Positions 9,929 to 20,275 of a DNA stretch of 64,000 nt are shown piece after piece. The stretch covers positions 75,244 through 139,243 of IMG/VR virus record IMGVR_UViG_3300032313_001394. One strand, written 5' to 3'. A model generated the notes under the pieces. It was not told the DNA's origin and did not search any database. It saw only the letters and a program-made list of their open reading frames with translations. How positions within the stretch are numbered: the stretch's first letter is position 1; the number at the start of each line of letters is the position of its first letter. A program made the position numbers and the translations under genes. The DNA comes from a virus.

Positions 9929-10657
9929 TTAAAATCCGAATGTTTTTATTTTATTATCCTTATCGATTAAGATTGCGGTCTTCGACTCTACCCAATCTCC
10001 TGAATTAATATAATGTGTGTTTTTAATTAATTTATTGTCTGGGGTATGGATGTGACCAACAATAACTCCATCATAACCGTATTGTTTAGCTATTTTAACA
10101 GCGTTTTCTTCAAAATCACCTATAAATGAAACCGCTTGTTTTACTTTAGCTTTAATTTGTTTACTAATTGAGTAATAAGGTAAACCACGCCATAACCTAT
10201 ATCTATTATACCATGTATTTAATGTGAGCGCTATATCATAACCAATCGATCCAATTTTAGCTATCCACGTCCATTTTGAACTGAATAAATCTAATATATC
10301 ACCATGAAATACAAGGTATTTTCTACTGGTTACTTGGCCACCTATTGTTAATATATAGTTTTCACATATAGTGATATTATTCATTTTAATATGAAAGTAA
10401 TCTTTTAAGAAATCATCATGATTACCTCTAATCAATACTATATTAGTTTTTTTAGATAATTCTAATAATTTTAATACAACCTTGCTATGTTGTTTCTTCC
10501 ATTTAGAACCACGTTCCAAAGCCCATCCATCGATGATATCTCCATTTAGTATTAATTGGTCAGTTGGGTGTTCATCTAAGAATTTAATGAATTCTTTAGT
10601 CTGACTATCTTTAGTTCCTAAATGAATATCAGATACTATAATTGTTTTATACTTCAT
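9929..10657 (-). CDS. PlcP-like phospholipase / UDP-2,3-diacylglucosamine hydrolase-family metallophosphoesterase
   Basis: SDIHLG, GDIIDGW, GNHD, HGD, GLPYYSISKQIKAKVKQAVSFIGDFE, GHIH, NSGDWVES. Confidence 0.85.
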   Translation of the reverse strand: MKYKTIIVSDIHLGTKDSQTKEFIKFLDEHPTDQLILNGDIIDGWALERGSKWKKQHSKVVLKLLELSKKTNIVLIRGNHDDFLKDYFHIKMNNITICENYILTIGGQVTSRKYLVFHGDILDLFSSKWTWIAKIGSIGYDIALTLNTWYNRYRLWRGLPYYSISKQIKAKVKQAVSFIGDFEENAVKIAKQYGYDGVIVGHIHTPDNKLIKNTHYINSGDWVESKTAILIDKDNKIKTFGF

Positions 10658-11546
10658 TTTTATCGAATAATTTATAATCAATATATTCTACTATTATTTT
10701 GGCAATGTCGACCCCACAATATTTTTCAAAACCTTTAAATCCAGGTGCACTATTTGCTTCACATACTACAAACTTATCATTATCAAATAATAAATCAATC
10801 CCCGCTATATGTAAATTTAATATTCTTGCTGTTTCTCTTGCTATGAAATCAATTTCAGATGTTATGTTAAATTTTTCACCTGTTCCTCCATTTGAAATAT
10901 TTGCTCTAAAATCACCTTTAGGTCCAATTCTTTTCATAGCACCAATTACTTTACCTCCTATTACTAAAACTCGAAGGTCTTCTCCTGGGTTTGATCCCAT
11001 ATATTCTTGAAGTAATAATGTTTTTGATATCCCTACGTTATGGACAAACTCCATAAGTTTATTAAAATCTCTCCGCTTTTCACATAAGTAAACTCCAACA
11101 CCCTGAGTGCCTGTAATTACTTTAACAACACATGGGAATCCTATTCTATCTTTTACAATTGTTGAATCAACAGGATGTTTTACCATCATTGTATTAGGTA
11201 TTGATATATTATGTTGTGATAGTATTTGAGAAGTTTTTAATTTGTCTGAAGCTGTTTCTACAGCATCGGCTTCATTTATACATATGACTCCAGCTTTATC
11301 TAATTGCCTTAACACAGCTAACATGAAATTATTTGTTTCGGCACCTGTTCTAACTAATACAACTTTAGGCAATTCAACTAATTGCCCATTATATAAAATA
11401 CTATTTTTAATATTTTTATTTACAATGATATCAAAACTACTTGGTTCAACTACTTTAGAAGTAATGTTTTTCTTAGTAAAAGTTTCTATTAATCTTTTAT
11501 TCTCATAATCTACTTCACTATTTCGAGAAAAAATCCAAACATCCAT
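10647..11546 (-). CDS. RimK-family ATP-grasp ligase
   Basis: DKLKT, GTQGVGV, QEY, DLRVLVIGG, FRANISNGG, GIDLL, EANSAPG; start moved to MDVWIF. Confidence 0.9.
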   Translation of the reverse strand: MDVWIFSRNSEVDYENKRLIETFTKKNITSKVVEPSSFDIIVNKNIKNSILYNGQLVELPKVVLVRTGAETNNFMLAVLRQLDKAGVICINEADAVETASDKLKTSQILSQHNISIPNTMMVKHPVDSTIVKDRIGFPCVVKVITGTQGVGVYLCEKRRDFNKLMEFVHNVGISKTLLLQEYMGSNPGEDLRVLVIGGKVIGAMKRIGPKGDFRANISNGGTGEKFNITSEIDFIARETARILNLHIAGIDLLFDNDKFVVCEANSAPGFKGFEKYCGVDIAKIIVEYIDYKLFDKNEV

Positions 11547-11553
11547 ATGAGTT

Positions 11554-11841
11554 TTATTTTTTAAATAATTTATTCCAAATTTTATTACGCGGATTACCAA
11601 ATTGCATACCCAAATATTTTCCTAATACAGAGCCAATTACATAAAATATCACAATAGTAAATCTACCATTTAATAAATCATCAATTGCATAATAAGTAGA
11701 GGCCAATGCAATTAAATTTATCCAAACTGAATTCAATAATAATGCTCCTATTTTATTTTGGTATGTATATTTTATTTCCAATACTTTAAGAATATTATAT
11801 ATCGTTTGTGCAAATAATACAATTACTTCTTTATACATCAT
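11554..11841 (-). CDS. small three-TM membrane protein (DUF5698-like)
   Basis: Hydrophobic segments; YVIGSVLGKYLGM. Confidence 0.6.
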   Translation of the reverse strand: MMYKEVIVLFAQTIYNILKVLEIKYTYQNKIGALLLNSVWINLIALASTYYAIDDLLNGRFTIVIFYVIGSVLGKYLGMQFGNPRNKIWNKLFKK

Positions 11842-12826
11842 ATAATACGTGTTCTATTGCTTGTAGTACTTCTTCGTCTGTTGATATTTTAAAATAATTC
11901 TGAATACCTGATTCAAATGTTTTATATAGGAAATGTTCTAAATATACTGGAGCTAATGTACCTTTATAACCATTAGGAAATCTACTTGCTGCAGTTGCAT
12001 TACATTCCTGTTCGTATTGTCCTTTAATTGGTATTGTTAATACAGGTTTATTTAAGTATAATGCTTCAGCTACTGTTTCAAATCCACCACCTGTAATTAC
12101 TCCCCTACACTGCAGTAAAGCATACATAAATTCGGATTGATTAACTGATCTAAATTTAACATTTGAGTTATTCCAGCCTGGTTTATCTATTTGAGATGAG
12201 AATATCACAAATTTAAAATCCTTATATTTACTAAATACATTAACTAAGTCTTCTACTTTATATGCTGATAAGTAAACTAATATATAATCTTTACGTTCAG
12301 CTTTATCTTTATTATCACGTATAACACTCCTAATATGAGGTGATAATATAAAGTCATCATACTTATTAAAATGGAATCCAATATTATACTTACACGGAGC
12401 ATAATTCTTTAATACCCATTCAGCCATATGATCTATTTCATATGACCGTGGAGTATTTTTAGACAGGAATGCAGCGTGATGAGATAATGATAACGACTTA
12501 ACAACTCGTAGTTTAGCAGCATATGCTGATATTGGTTCAAAATCAGATATAACTAAGTCATATTGTTCAACAGATAATGAACATACATCTTTGATGAATT
12601 GAAATATATTTAGTTGTCTGAATGTTTTCCAATAATCTAATTTACCATTACTATAAGCAAATGTAAATCCTTTAAAACGATATTTAATTTTTTGTCCAAT
12701 ATCGATTGGATTCATTTCACCTGATACCATTATATCAACTTCATGGTGTTGTAATAAAGGTAATATTGACATCGCTCGCGATGCATGTCCATAACCGGTG
12801 CCGTTGAAGGCATATAATATTTTCAT
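11831..12826 (-). CDS. GT-B glycosyltransferase, MJ1255/VC2487 (GT28-like) family
   Basis: MKILY...GTGYGHASRA, ISDFEP, GGGFETVAEALYLNKP, GQYEQECNA. Confidence 0.85.
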   Translation of the reverse strand: MKILYAFNGTGYGHASRAMSILPLLQHHEVDIMVSGEMNPIDIGQKIKYRFKGFTFAYSNGKLDYWKTFRQLNIFQFIKDVCSLSVEQYDLVISDFEPISAYAAKLRVVKSLSLSHHAAFLSKNTPRSYEIDHMAEWVLKNYAPCKYNIGFHFNKYDDFILSPHIRSVIRDNKDKAERKDYILVYLSAYKVEDLVNVFSKYKDFKFVIFSSQIDKPGWNNSNVKFRSVNQSEFMYALLQCRGVITGGGFETVAEALYLNKPVLTIPIKGQYEQECNATAASRFPNGYKGTLAPVYLEHFLYKTFESGIQNYFKISTDEEVLQAIEHVLYDV

Positions 12827-12925
12827 TAGCGTTTTTTAGTAATTTGATCTACTATTAAAGCAATAACTGCTAAACTTACTACTACAGCAAATGAAATAAT
12901 CCAAGGGAAAATTGTGCTCATAACT

Positions 12926-13462
12926 TTATTCTTTTAGTTTATATATTTCGTCTAAACAACGTCCTTGTTCATCGTAGTCTAATCCAAAACCAATAATAAA
13001 TTCATCATCGGTTAATTCCATTCCTACGTAATCAACAACCACATTAGTCTTGTAATTCTTGGGGCGTGTAAATAAAGAACATATTTTAACGCTGTTAACT
13101 TGCTTCTCATTAATTAGATAGTCTTTTAATTCAACCATTGTTAAGCCTGTCTCAACAATGTCCTCGACTATAATTATATTACGTTTATAGAGGTCGCGGG
13201 ATATTCCAAGAACTTGTTTTACAGTACCTATTGATTCAGTACCATCATATGATGATAATCTAACGAATTCTAATTCGGGGCTTAATGGATATAATTGTTC
13301 AGCTAAATGTGCTCCAAATATACCTGCTCCTTTTAATACTATAACTAATACCGGATTATAATTTTGGTCATGTATTATTTCCATTGCTAATGCCTTAATC
13401 ATAGCATTTAGCTTTTGTTTAGGTATTAGTGGTTCGAAATGTTTATCTTTTATCTTTAGCAT
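12926..13462 (-). CDS. hpt: hypoxanthine phosphoribosyltransferase
   Basis: VLKGA, LSSY, IIVEDIVETGLT PRPP-binding loop, FIIGFGLDY. Confidence 0.9.
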   Translation of the reverse strand: MLKIKDKHFEPLIPKQKLNAMIKALAMEIIHDQNYNPVLVIVLKGAGIFGAHLAEQLYPLSPELEFVRLSSYDGTESIGTVKQVLGISRDLYKRNIIIVEDIVETGLTMVELKDYLINEKQVNSVKICSLFTRPKNYKTNVVVDYVGMELTDDEFIIGFGLDYDEQGRCLDEIYKLKE

Positions 13463-14031
13463 GTTCTTTTTTTAAATCCTCAGCTATCTGCTTAATAATA
13501 TCATCAGGCGTCATCATTAACAGAGTATTTAATTTATATTTTCCTCTATATCTGTCGTATGAAGTAAGTACTTCACGAATTAGGCTCTCTGTTATTGGAG
13601 TTTGGATATCGTTCTGCATAACTTATTGTATGATGTGTTGTTTTTATTTTATGCCCCATATTATATGGGTTGTAGTTTATTTCTAATGTCAATGTAGATA
13701 ATGTATCATCCTCACACTGCTCATATAGATCAGCAAGTGCTTTAATTAACATTTGACGTTGTGCCGATTTTATTTCTTGAGCATTCATGATTAATCTACA
13801 AAGTCGCTTACATTTTCATCAGCGAATAGATCTTCTGGAAATTCCTCATAATCATCATCTTCATCTAATAAATCTTCGTCAGCCCAAATTATTTCCCATT
13901 TATCACCCTCTAATTCATTTAATGGATCAATAATTTCTTCTAATCCATAATATTCTAAATCCTCCTCATATGTTTCGTTATAAGCGATGTTATCAATATC
14001 AATATTGAGTGGTGTTTTAGGATCGCGTGGT

Positions 14032-14406
14032 TTATAAGTCTGTGATTGCATCTACAATTGATTTTTTAAGTTTTTTACGAGTAAATTTAATTGTTGGTAC
14101 TAATTCCTTTAATTTAATAATCTTAGCACAATATTCATACTCTTCTGCTTCTTCTAATGTTGGTAAACAACCATCTAAATTCTCTAAATAATCAGTATCA
14201 TCCATTGCTAATGATGTAGCCATATTCATACCTCCTATTGTTGGTGATAATATAATACAAGCAATAACATATTTTATCTTATGATTACAAGCAAATTCGA
14301 CCGCTTTAACAGTTTGCTTAGCAATCTCTAACCTGTATTCAGGTCCGGGTGTGCCAAACTTACCTCCTTTAATTATAAGCGGCTCGAATTCATCTTGTTC
14401 TTTCAT
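14032..14406 (-). CDS. hypothetical protein with UVR-like motif
   Basis: EEYEYCAKIIKL. Confidence 0.65.
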   Translation of the reverse strand: MKEQDEFEPLIIKGGKFGTPGPEYRLEIAKQTVKAVEFACNHKIKYVIACIILSPTIGGMNMATSLAMDDTDYLENLDGCLPTLEEAEEYEYCAKIIKLKELVPTIKFTRKKLKKSIVDAITDL

Positions 14407-14418
14407 TACTAATAAATA

Positions 14419-14628
14419 TTATGCTTCAATCACGGAAACAATAGTTGATTTAGATGCTGATTTAATTTCAAAATCATTCTCACCACGTTCAGCTAAATAT
14501 TCTGTAATACGTGCTTCAGCTTCTGTAACTGACATTGCATCAACTAAATAATTTTCCGTTTGTTTTTTAATTTTACCTTTTGCGTCTTCTACTTCGAAAA
14601 CAGCTTTTACTGTGAAATACTGAGCCAT
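14419..14628 (-). CDS. DUF4494-like protein (Bacteroidota family)
   Basis: GKIKKQTENYLVDAMSVTEAEARI. Confidence 0.75.
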   Translation of the reverse strand: MAQYFTVKAVFEVEDAKGKIKKQTENYLVDAMSVTEAEARITEYLAERGENDFEIKSASKSTIVSVIEA

Positions 14629-14668
14629 ATTTATTTTGTTTTATTTTAATTAATATAAGTAAGAAATT

Positions 14669-15307
14669 TTACAATTTAGCAATTAAACTATCTTCATCTG
14701 CTTCTTCATCCCACAGTCCTAATGATTTCATATTTGCAATTTGTTTATCATCTAATTGCCAGTCAAAGTCTTTACTTTTAACTTCTTGATTTGATTCAAC
14801 TGAGCGTATTTGAGAATTAGTAAGCACATCACCTACATATAAGAAATAGCAATTATAACATAACAATTGTAAATTTTCTAATCTATAATCTGATTTATTA
14901 TTATTTCTGAAGTTAAGTAATAAAGGTACTTTATAATCAATTACACGACGTTCTGAAAAATCACATTTGTCACAACATTCTCTTAAGAATCCTTCATTAA
15001 TAGCTCTGATTTTGATTTTCTCAGGCGTAAAACTCTGCCAACCATCTCCACCTTCGAGAATATGCTTGACGGTAGGGTCCTTCTTAGTTTGAGGTAAAAA
15101 CTTAGGGATGCCTTTTCCCACTTGGTTATAATGTACTTCAAACAAAGTCGGAGAATTAGGATTGTTATCATCTATCCTATATAATTTAAAATATGGTTTA
15201 ACATGTTGATAACTACACCCCAAGTAATTAGCGGCAGCACGAATTGATTTTGTATACTGCATCGCCCGCAATAAATCTTGCTTAGTAAGCGGTTTTGCAC
15301 TCGGCAT
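14669..15307 (-). CDS. HTH plus degenerate HNH-like zinc-binding protein
   Basis: SIRAAANYLGCSY HTH; CDKC...DYRLENLQLLCYNC. Confidence 0.7.
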   Translation of the reverse strand: MPSAKPLTKQDLLRAMQYTKSIRAAANYLGCSYQHVKPYFKLYRIDDNNPNSPTLFEVHYNQVGKGIPKFLPQTKKDPTVKHILEGGDGWQSFTPEKIKIRAINEGFLRECCDKCDFSERRVIDYKVPLLLNFRNNNKSDYRLENLQLLCYNCYFLYVGDVLTNSQIRSVESNQEVKSKDFDWQLDDKQIANMKSLGLWDEEADEDSLIAKL

Positions 15308-15308
15308 A

Positions 15309-15704
15309 TTATAACAATTTTTTCACTGCTTGCCACAACTGTTCTGGATTCGATATTTCACGTTCAGTCCCATGTTCGTCAATGTAAGGAATAGAACCAT
15401 CCATTTCAATACGATCATAGCAATAGTGGATAATTAATTCGGCTGCTTTAGTACCGAATGATAAATAAATTAAGTTATCAATAATTTGTAAATATAACTC
15501 ATCATAATCAGTCAAATCAATTTTAAAGTCTGAATGTACTAATGTAGAACGATTGATTACTAATTCAATTTGAGTAATAATGTTGATAAATAATTCATGT
15601 TTGATATCTTCATTATTTTTCTTACGGCGTACTATTTTAGTGTTAGTACCAATAAGGCCATTAATTTGGTTTTGAATTCCCTCAATCTCTTTATCTACGT
15701 TCAT
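15309..15704 (-). CDS. hypothetical protein
   Basis: 131-aa ORF in operon. Confidence 0.7.
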   Translation of the reverse strand: MNVDKEIEGIQNQINGLIGTNTKIVRRKKNNEDIKHELFINIITQIELVINRSTLVHSDFKIDLTDYDELYLQIIDNLIYLSFGTKAAELIIHYCYDRIEMDGSIPYIDEHGTEREISNPEQLWQAVKKLL

Positions 15705-16009
15705 AACTTTTCTTTTAATTTAACAATTTCAGCACACGTTTCATAATCTTCAAACTTTTCATAGTATGAAATTGATTTATTGAGTGCTGACTCAAAATCT
15801 TGTTTGTCTACTGTTAAGTATTGTCCAGTTGAGTTGATTTCTATTATTTTAGCGTGTTTTAATTTACGCTTAATAGCTTCTCTAATCCCCCATACTGTTT
15901 GAGAATAAACAATATCTTGTATTACTTCATTTTCTCCAATTACTGAGTAATCTGGTTCACCGTCTCCGTTTATATTAAACTGTAGGTTCGGTATTTGTCT
16001 CTTTGCCAT
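15701..16009 (-). CDS. hypothetical protein with UVR-like motif
   Basis: EDYETCAEIVKL. Confidence 0.65.
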   Translation of the reverse strand: MAKRQIPNLQFNINGDGEPDYSVIGENEVIQDIVYSQTVWGIREAIKRKLKHAKIIEINSTGQYLTVDKQDFESALNKSISYYEKFEDYETCAEIVKLKEKL

Positions 16010-16385
16010 CTGTATTAGGATTTAAAATGTTCTTAATGAATAATTTAAAGCTCTCTAATCGGATTAAGAATCCAACTACATTCTGATATGGCACGTCTAA
16101 ATCAGTATCAACTGATAATCCCATATCAGCTAATCCTTTATTTAATTTAGTTTTTAATTTTTGGGTAATTTCTTCCTTTTTAGCCTCGTCTGTGCCTTGA
16201 GGAACAATAAATTGAATTTTAATACCCTTCTTAGTTGGGTTTTTATTTACATCGAGTATCATTTTAAGACCCGATTCAGGTGACTCTGGGGGAGTCATAT
16301 CAACAGCTGGTTGAGTATCAGTAGGTATTTCTTCACTATCTACCTCTAATATAGCTTTGATTTCATCTTCTAATAAATTTATCAT
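15975..16385 (-). CDS. hypothetical protein
   Basis: 136-aa ORF; ATATTTAT motif at 16405-16412. Confidence 0.7.
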   Translation of the reverse strand: MINLLEDEIKAILEVDSEEIPTDTQPAVDMTPPESPESGLKMILDVNKNPTKKGIKIQFIVPQGTDEAKKEEITQKLKTKLNKGLADMGLSVDTDLDVPYQNVVGFLIRLESFKLFIKNILNPNTDGKETNTEPTV

Positions 16386-16419
16386 TTTTATTTATTTGTT
16401 TAATATAAATATAATAAAG

Positions 16420-16444
16420 AAAGGTCCTAGAAATTAGGACCTTT
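16420..16444 (-). terminator. intrinsic terminator hairpin
   Basis: AAAGGTCCTA-ATTTC-TAGGACCTTT. Confidence 0.75.
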
Positions 16445-16462
16445 AACTTTAATTGTGTGTTA

Positions 16463-16861
16463 TTACTTCTTTTTAGGATAGTAACGACGTTTCTTCTTAG
16501 GTGGCTTTGGAGCGGTTTCTTCTATTGCTGATGGAGTAGATACTGCTGCTTGAGCATTAGCTAATTCATCTTGTAATTTTTCAATAGATGATAACTCATT
16601 AGCCACCTCTTGAGGAATTGAAGCTTCAACAGTATTAGTTAATACATTATCGATTTTTTCGATCATTGTTTTAACTTTTTTAGTTGATTCTTTAACTGTT
16701 TTTAAAGCATCTTCTTGAACTTGCTTTAATTCTGCTTCTTCAAATGAAGGATTAGAAGCAGTAACATCTCCATGAGAGAGATTAACGGTTTGCGTTTGCT
16801 GACGAGCAAAGTACCAGATGGCACCAGCAATACCTAACAACACTAAAATTGCAATAAACAT
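16463..16861 (-). CDS. membrane-anchored protein with basic tail
   Basis: N-terminal TM; C-terminal PPKKKRRYYPKKK. Confidence 0.7.
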   Translation of the reverse strand: MFIAILVLLGIAGAIWYFARQQTQTVNLSHGDVTASNPSFEEAELKQVQEDALKTVKESTKKVKTMIEKIDNVLTNTVEASIPQEVANELSSIEKLQDELANAQAAVSTPSAIEETAPKPPKKKRRYYPKKK

Positions 16862-16885
16862 AATTATTTGGGTTTGGTTAAAAAA

Positions 16886-17122
16886 TTAATCTTCAAAAAA
16901 GTAAATAATATACGCATAAATAACAGCTCCAAAAAACACTAAAAAGAATAATATAAATGCTAATTCAGCTACTCCTGGTATTAGTAAATACCTTTTATAT
17001 TTTGATTTATACCATCCAGTACTATCACAATCTTCTAGTAATGAATCAGTCATACCAGTAATTAATATATGAGCTAATAAACCGATAAAAATTAAAAATG
17101 CAACCATTAAATAGTAAAACAT
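16886..17122 (-). CDS. two-TM membrane protein
   Basis: Two hydrophobic segments. Confidence 0.6.
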   Translation of the reverse strand: MFYYLMVAFLIFIGLLAHILITGMTDSLLEDCDSTGWYKSKYKRYLLIPGVAELAFILFFLVFFGAVIYAYIIYFFED

Positions 17123-17327
17123 ATTATTCTTCTCTATGTTGTTTAGTTGTGTTATGATAAATAAATGCAGTCAATAATACCCATCCAAATTTAGATGTTG
17201 GAGTCCAATCAACTAGAGCAACATCATAATTAATCAATGTAAATACTCCAAATGAAAGTAAAACTGCTACGAGTGCGTATTGTATTAAAACTTTATTCAT
17301 AATTTAAATATATTAAGGAAATTTTGT

Positions 17328-18092
17328 TTAGACAAATACTTGATTGGTTTGAGGATTACGTTTCATATAATCACCCCATTTATATTTAAAGTAATAATGA
17401 CATTCATGTTCTTGTCTGTATGATTCTTGACTTCTTTCTCCTGATTTGGTACCTATTGAAACGAAATGATAGAAAGCAACATTATATAAACGAATACTTC
17501 CAATTCCATTTAAATTACATTTCATAAAGAATTCACAATCAACAACCCACCCACCTGGATATGATTCGTCCCATCCACCTACTTTTAAATAGTCTTGCTT
17601 AGACATGAATATAGGTAAAGTAGATCCATTTATATCAGTTACCATTTTAGATGAACTAACTTCAAATACTCTAAATGCTTCTAAATCAAATGTATCAGGT
17701 GTACGTCCAAAGTTTTTTATTTTGAATTGTGAGAATATACTTGGGATTGGCTCAATTTGATTTGGAGCATAAACAGCACCTGGTTGGTATTGTGATTCTA
17801 AACGTGTGTCCCAATCAGCAGGAAATACATTATCATCATTTACAATTAAAATCAATTCATTTGATGCATTATATACTCCTAAATTAGTTGCTCGGGCTAA
17901 TCCTACATTTTGTTTTAAATCAAGTACTGAAATATTATCTTGGTATTTATATAATACTTCTTTGTTTTCCTCGTAGAATCCATCTACAACAACGATAATT
18001 TCGTTTTTATTTGTTTGACCTTCAATAGCTGATCTTAAACATAAATCAAGTACTTCTGGTTCTCTGTAAGTTGGAATTATAACTGATATCAT
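17328..18092 (-). CDS. GT2 glycosyltransferase
   Basis: ISVIIPTY, VVVDG, NLGV, IVNDDN, VGGWDE. Confidence 0.9.
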   Translation of the reverse strand: MISVIIPTYREPEVLDLCLRSAIEGQTNKNEIIVVVDGFYEENKEVLYKYQDNISVLDLKQNVGLARATNLGVYNASNELILIVNDDNVFPADWDTRLESQYQPGAVYAPNQIEPIPSIFSQFKIKNFGRTPDTFDLEAFRVFEVSSSKMVTDINGSTLPIFMSKQDYLKVGGWDESYPGGWVVDCEFFMKCNLNGIGSIRLYNVAFYHFVSIGTKSGERSQESYRQEHECHYYFKYKWGDYMKRNPQTNQVFV

Positions 18093-18775
18093 ATTTTTGA
18101 CCAATCGATTAAAGGTGTTAACCAAGCTGTTTCGCCGTGAGTTGAATATCCTGGTATTGGAGTAATTAAGTAATGAGCTGAATTATATAATGAAATAAAC
18201 ATGTCGAAATCACGTGGATAACTGCCTTGAGTATATTCACGCAATACATTTTCCACCTTACGAAGTGTCTTCACTTTAGCCGCGAATGTCATCGTTGTTG
18301 AGTTAGTTACTTTCCAATGTGATGATGTAGATAACATAACACGAGTCATTTCACCTCCACCTTGTACATATGGATTCGCTCCATCAATATATTTATCTGG
18401 ATGATCATATAATGAAACAAAATCTGCTCCGATTTCATTTAATCCTTCTTCAATTATTTTTTGTGAGCCTGGTTTATGTAAATAATCATTTTCACAGAAA
18501 TAAACTATTTCATTATCATCAAACGTTAATGCTTTATCTAATGCTAAATTAAATGTACCCGCACCATGTCCAACTGAAACATATTCAATTACATCTAAAT
18601 TATCAATATATTGAAACAACATATTATTTGTTTTTTCAGATACGTTATCAGCAATAATATGCCAATCAGCATCCTTAAACACATTAACTGCATTCCATAA
18701 ACAATTTCTATTATTGATGTATTTAGGTTTTACTTTATTATAACCTGAATCTGATATTCTATAAATTATTTTCAT
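18089..18775 (-). CDS. GT-A-fold glycosyltransferase-like protein
   Basis: IIADN, GHGAGTF, VYFCENDYLH. Confidence 0.7.
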   Translation of the reverse strand: MKIIYRISDSGYNKVKPKYINNRNCLWNAVNVFKDADWHIIADNVSEKTNNMLFQYIDNLDVIEYVSVGHGAGTFNLALDKALTFDDNEIVYFCENDYLHKPGSQKIIEEGLNEIGADFVSLYDHPDKYIDGANPYVQGGGEMTRVMLSTSSHWKVTNSTTMTFAAKVKTLRKVENVLREYTQGSYPRDFDMFISLYNSAHYLITPIPGYSTHGETAWLTPLIDWSKI

Positions 18776-19536
18776 TTGTTATATATTTGAGCAAATGTTT
18801 TGATACTATCTAAAATATTATTATGTTCTAATACTTCGTATGTTATTGTTTTATCATATTTACTATTTTTGATCATATTTGCCCATCCTAAATGAAGAGA
18901 TTTATCAACAATAGGAATTAATTTAGGTTCCGAAATATGAATATGTTCTATATAGTCAATATAATCAAGAAAATCACTTATTGGATTTCTTTTTTCAAGA
19001 ATAGAATTATGAGTATCAACCATTGTTCTTATATTAATTAAGTTATTTTCTTTAATAAAATTAACTATCTCATCAATATTATGAAAGAATTGACCATTAT
19101 ATACAGAAGCGTTAGGTTCAATTACAACTTTAATATCTTTACCTTCTAATAACTTATCTACTTGAGTGAATATATTTACAAGTGTATCTTCCCACCCTTC
19201 ATGTTTTTGTCTTAAACTAGGTGAACCAAATACAAGTATCTTAGAACCCAATGTAACAGCACAATTAATTACTCGTTTAAAATGATTTACAACAACATCA
19301 ACATCAGTTATCTTACAATCAACTCCATAAAATAAAGACTGAATAGAATAAGATTTAAGATTATAATCATCTAATGCAATTTTATAATTCATTAAATCAA
19401 TATAAGTTAATTTATCCCAATCTTTGAGTTTAGTTAGAATAGTTTCAACTTGAGTAATATTATTTTTTCTTAAACAGTTAAATATATCTCCAGCATGGTA
19501 TCTATCCCAAGCAAAATTACTTAATGCTAAATTCAT
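18772..19536 (-). CDS. sugar-phosphate isomerase/epimerase (xylose isomerase-like TIM barrel)
   Basis: LALSNFAW, LVFGSP, IEPN, DT, HIHISEP, YE. Confidence 0.85.
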   Translation of the reverse strand: MNLALSNFAWDRYHAGDIFNCLRKNNITQVETILTKLKDWDKLTYIDLMNYKIALDDYNLKSYSIQSLFYGVDCKITDVDVVVNHFKRVINCAVTLGSKILVFGSPSLRQKHEGWEDTLVNIFTQVDKLLEGKDIKVVIEPNASVYNGQFFHNIDEIVNFIKENNLINIRTMVDTHNSILEKRNPISDFLDYIDYIEHIHISEPKLIPIVDKSLHLGWANMIKNSKYDKTITYEVLEHNNILDSIKTFAQIYNK

Positions 19537-20275
19537 TGATAAATTGTTTAATTTCGTTTAATACTTTATTTTTATTTGAAATGTAACCACCAAATTTAGT
19601 ATGGTAATCATATGTTACTTTACTTCCATTTTGAACTTTATCCATATGTTCAGGAAATAATTCAACAATATCTGATGTGTATATTGGTTCAGTAAATAAA
19701 TTAAATGAAGATTCATTAGGGTATTGAGTTGAAAATGAATTTATATCATTATGTAAGTTATCTAAATTATACCATTGGTAGTATGAATTTTGGTTTATTT
19801 GATCTACATTATTATTATGAATTAAATCATATATTACATTTTTCTTTATTAATGAATTAAATAATGCTGGTAATCTAAATATTTTTAAATCATCGCATTT
19901 AACCATTTCCCTAACCATTAACTCAAATAAATAACGATTATTACCATAACTTAATTTACTAATGTTTGGATTATAAGTTTCATTAGATAATAATGGTGAG
20001 TCATTATAAACATCAATAGTTGAAATTAATGTTATTTTTGAATATTGAAATTGAGATATAATACTAATAATATTATTAATGTTTTGGATATCTGCAGTTA
20101 AGTTTTTATTAACCATCCATTTTGTTGCGGGTAGACAAGTTAAAAATAATTCATCACCATCTTTAGCTAAATGCTCAAATGTATATAAATTTTTACTATT
20201 GAACTCATAATCAAACGTTTCGAACTGTTTGATTGTCTGTCCCACTAAGCCCGTATTGCCAATTAATAATTTCAT
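19517..20275 (-). CDS. NAD-dependent epimerase/dehydratase-like protein
   Basis: LIGNTGLVG, ISTIDVY, YGNNR, RLPALF, QWYNL. Confidence 0.8.
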   Translation of the reverse strand: MKLLIGNTGLVGQTIKQFETFDYEFNSKNLYTFEHLAKDGDELFLTCLPATKWMVNKNLTADIQNINNIISIISQFQYSKITLISTIDVYNDSPLLSNETYNPNISKLSYGNNRYLFELMVREMVKCDDLKIFRLPALFNSLIKKNVIYDLIHNNNVDQINQNSYYQWYNLDNLHNDINSFSTQYPNESSFNLFTEPIYTSDIVELFPEHMDKVQNGSKVTYDYHTKFGGYISNKNKVLNEIKQFINEFSIK

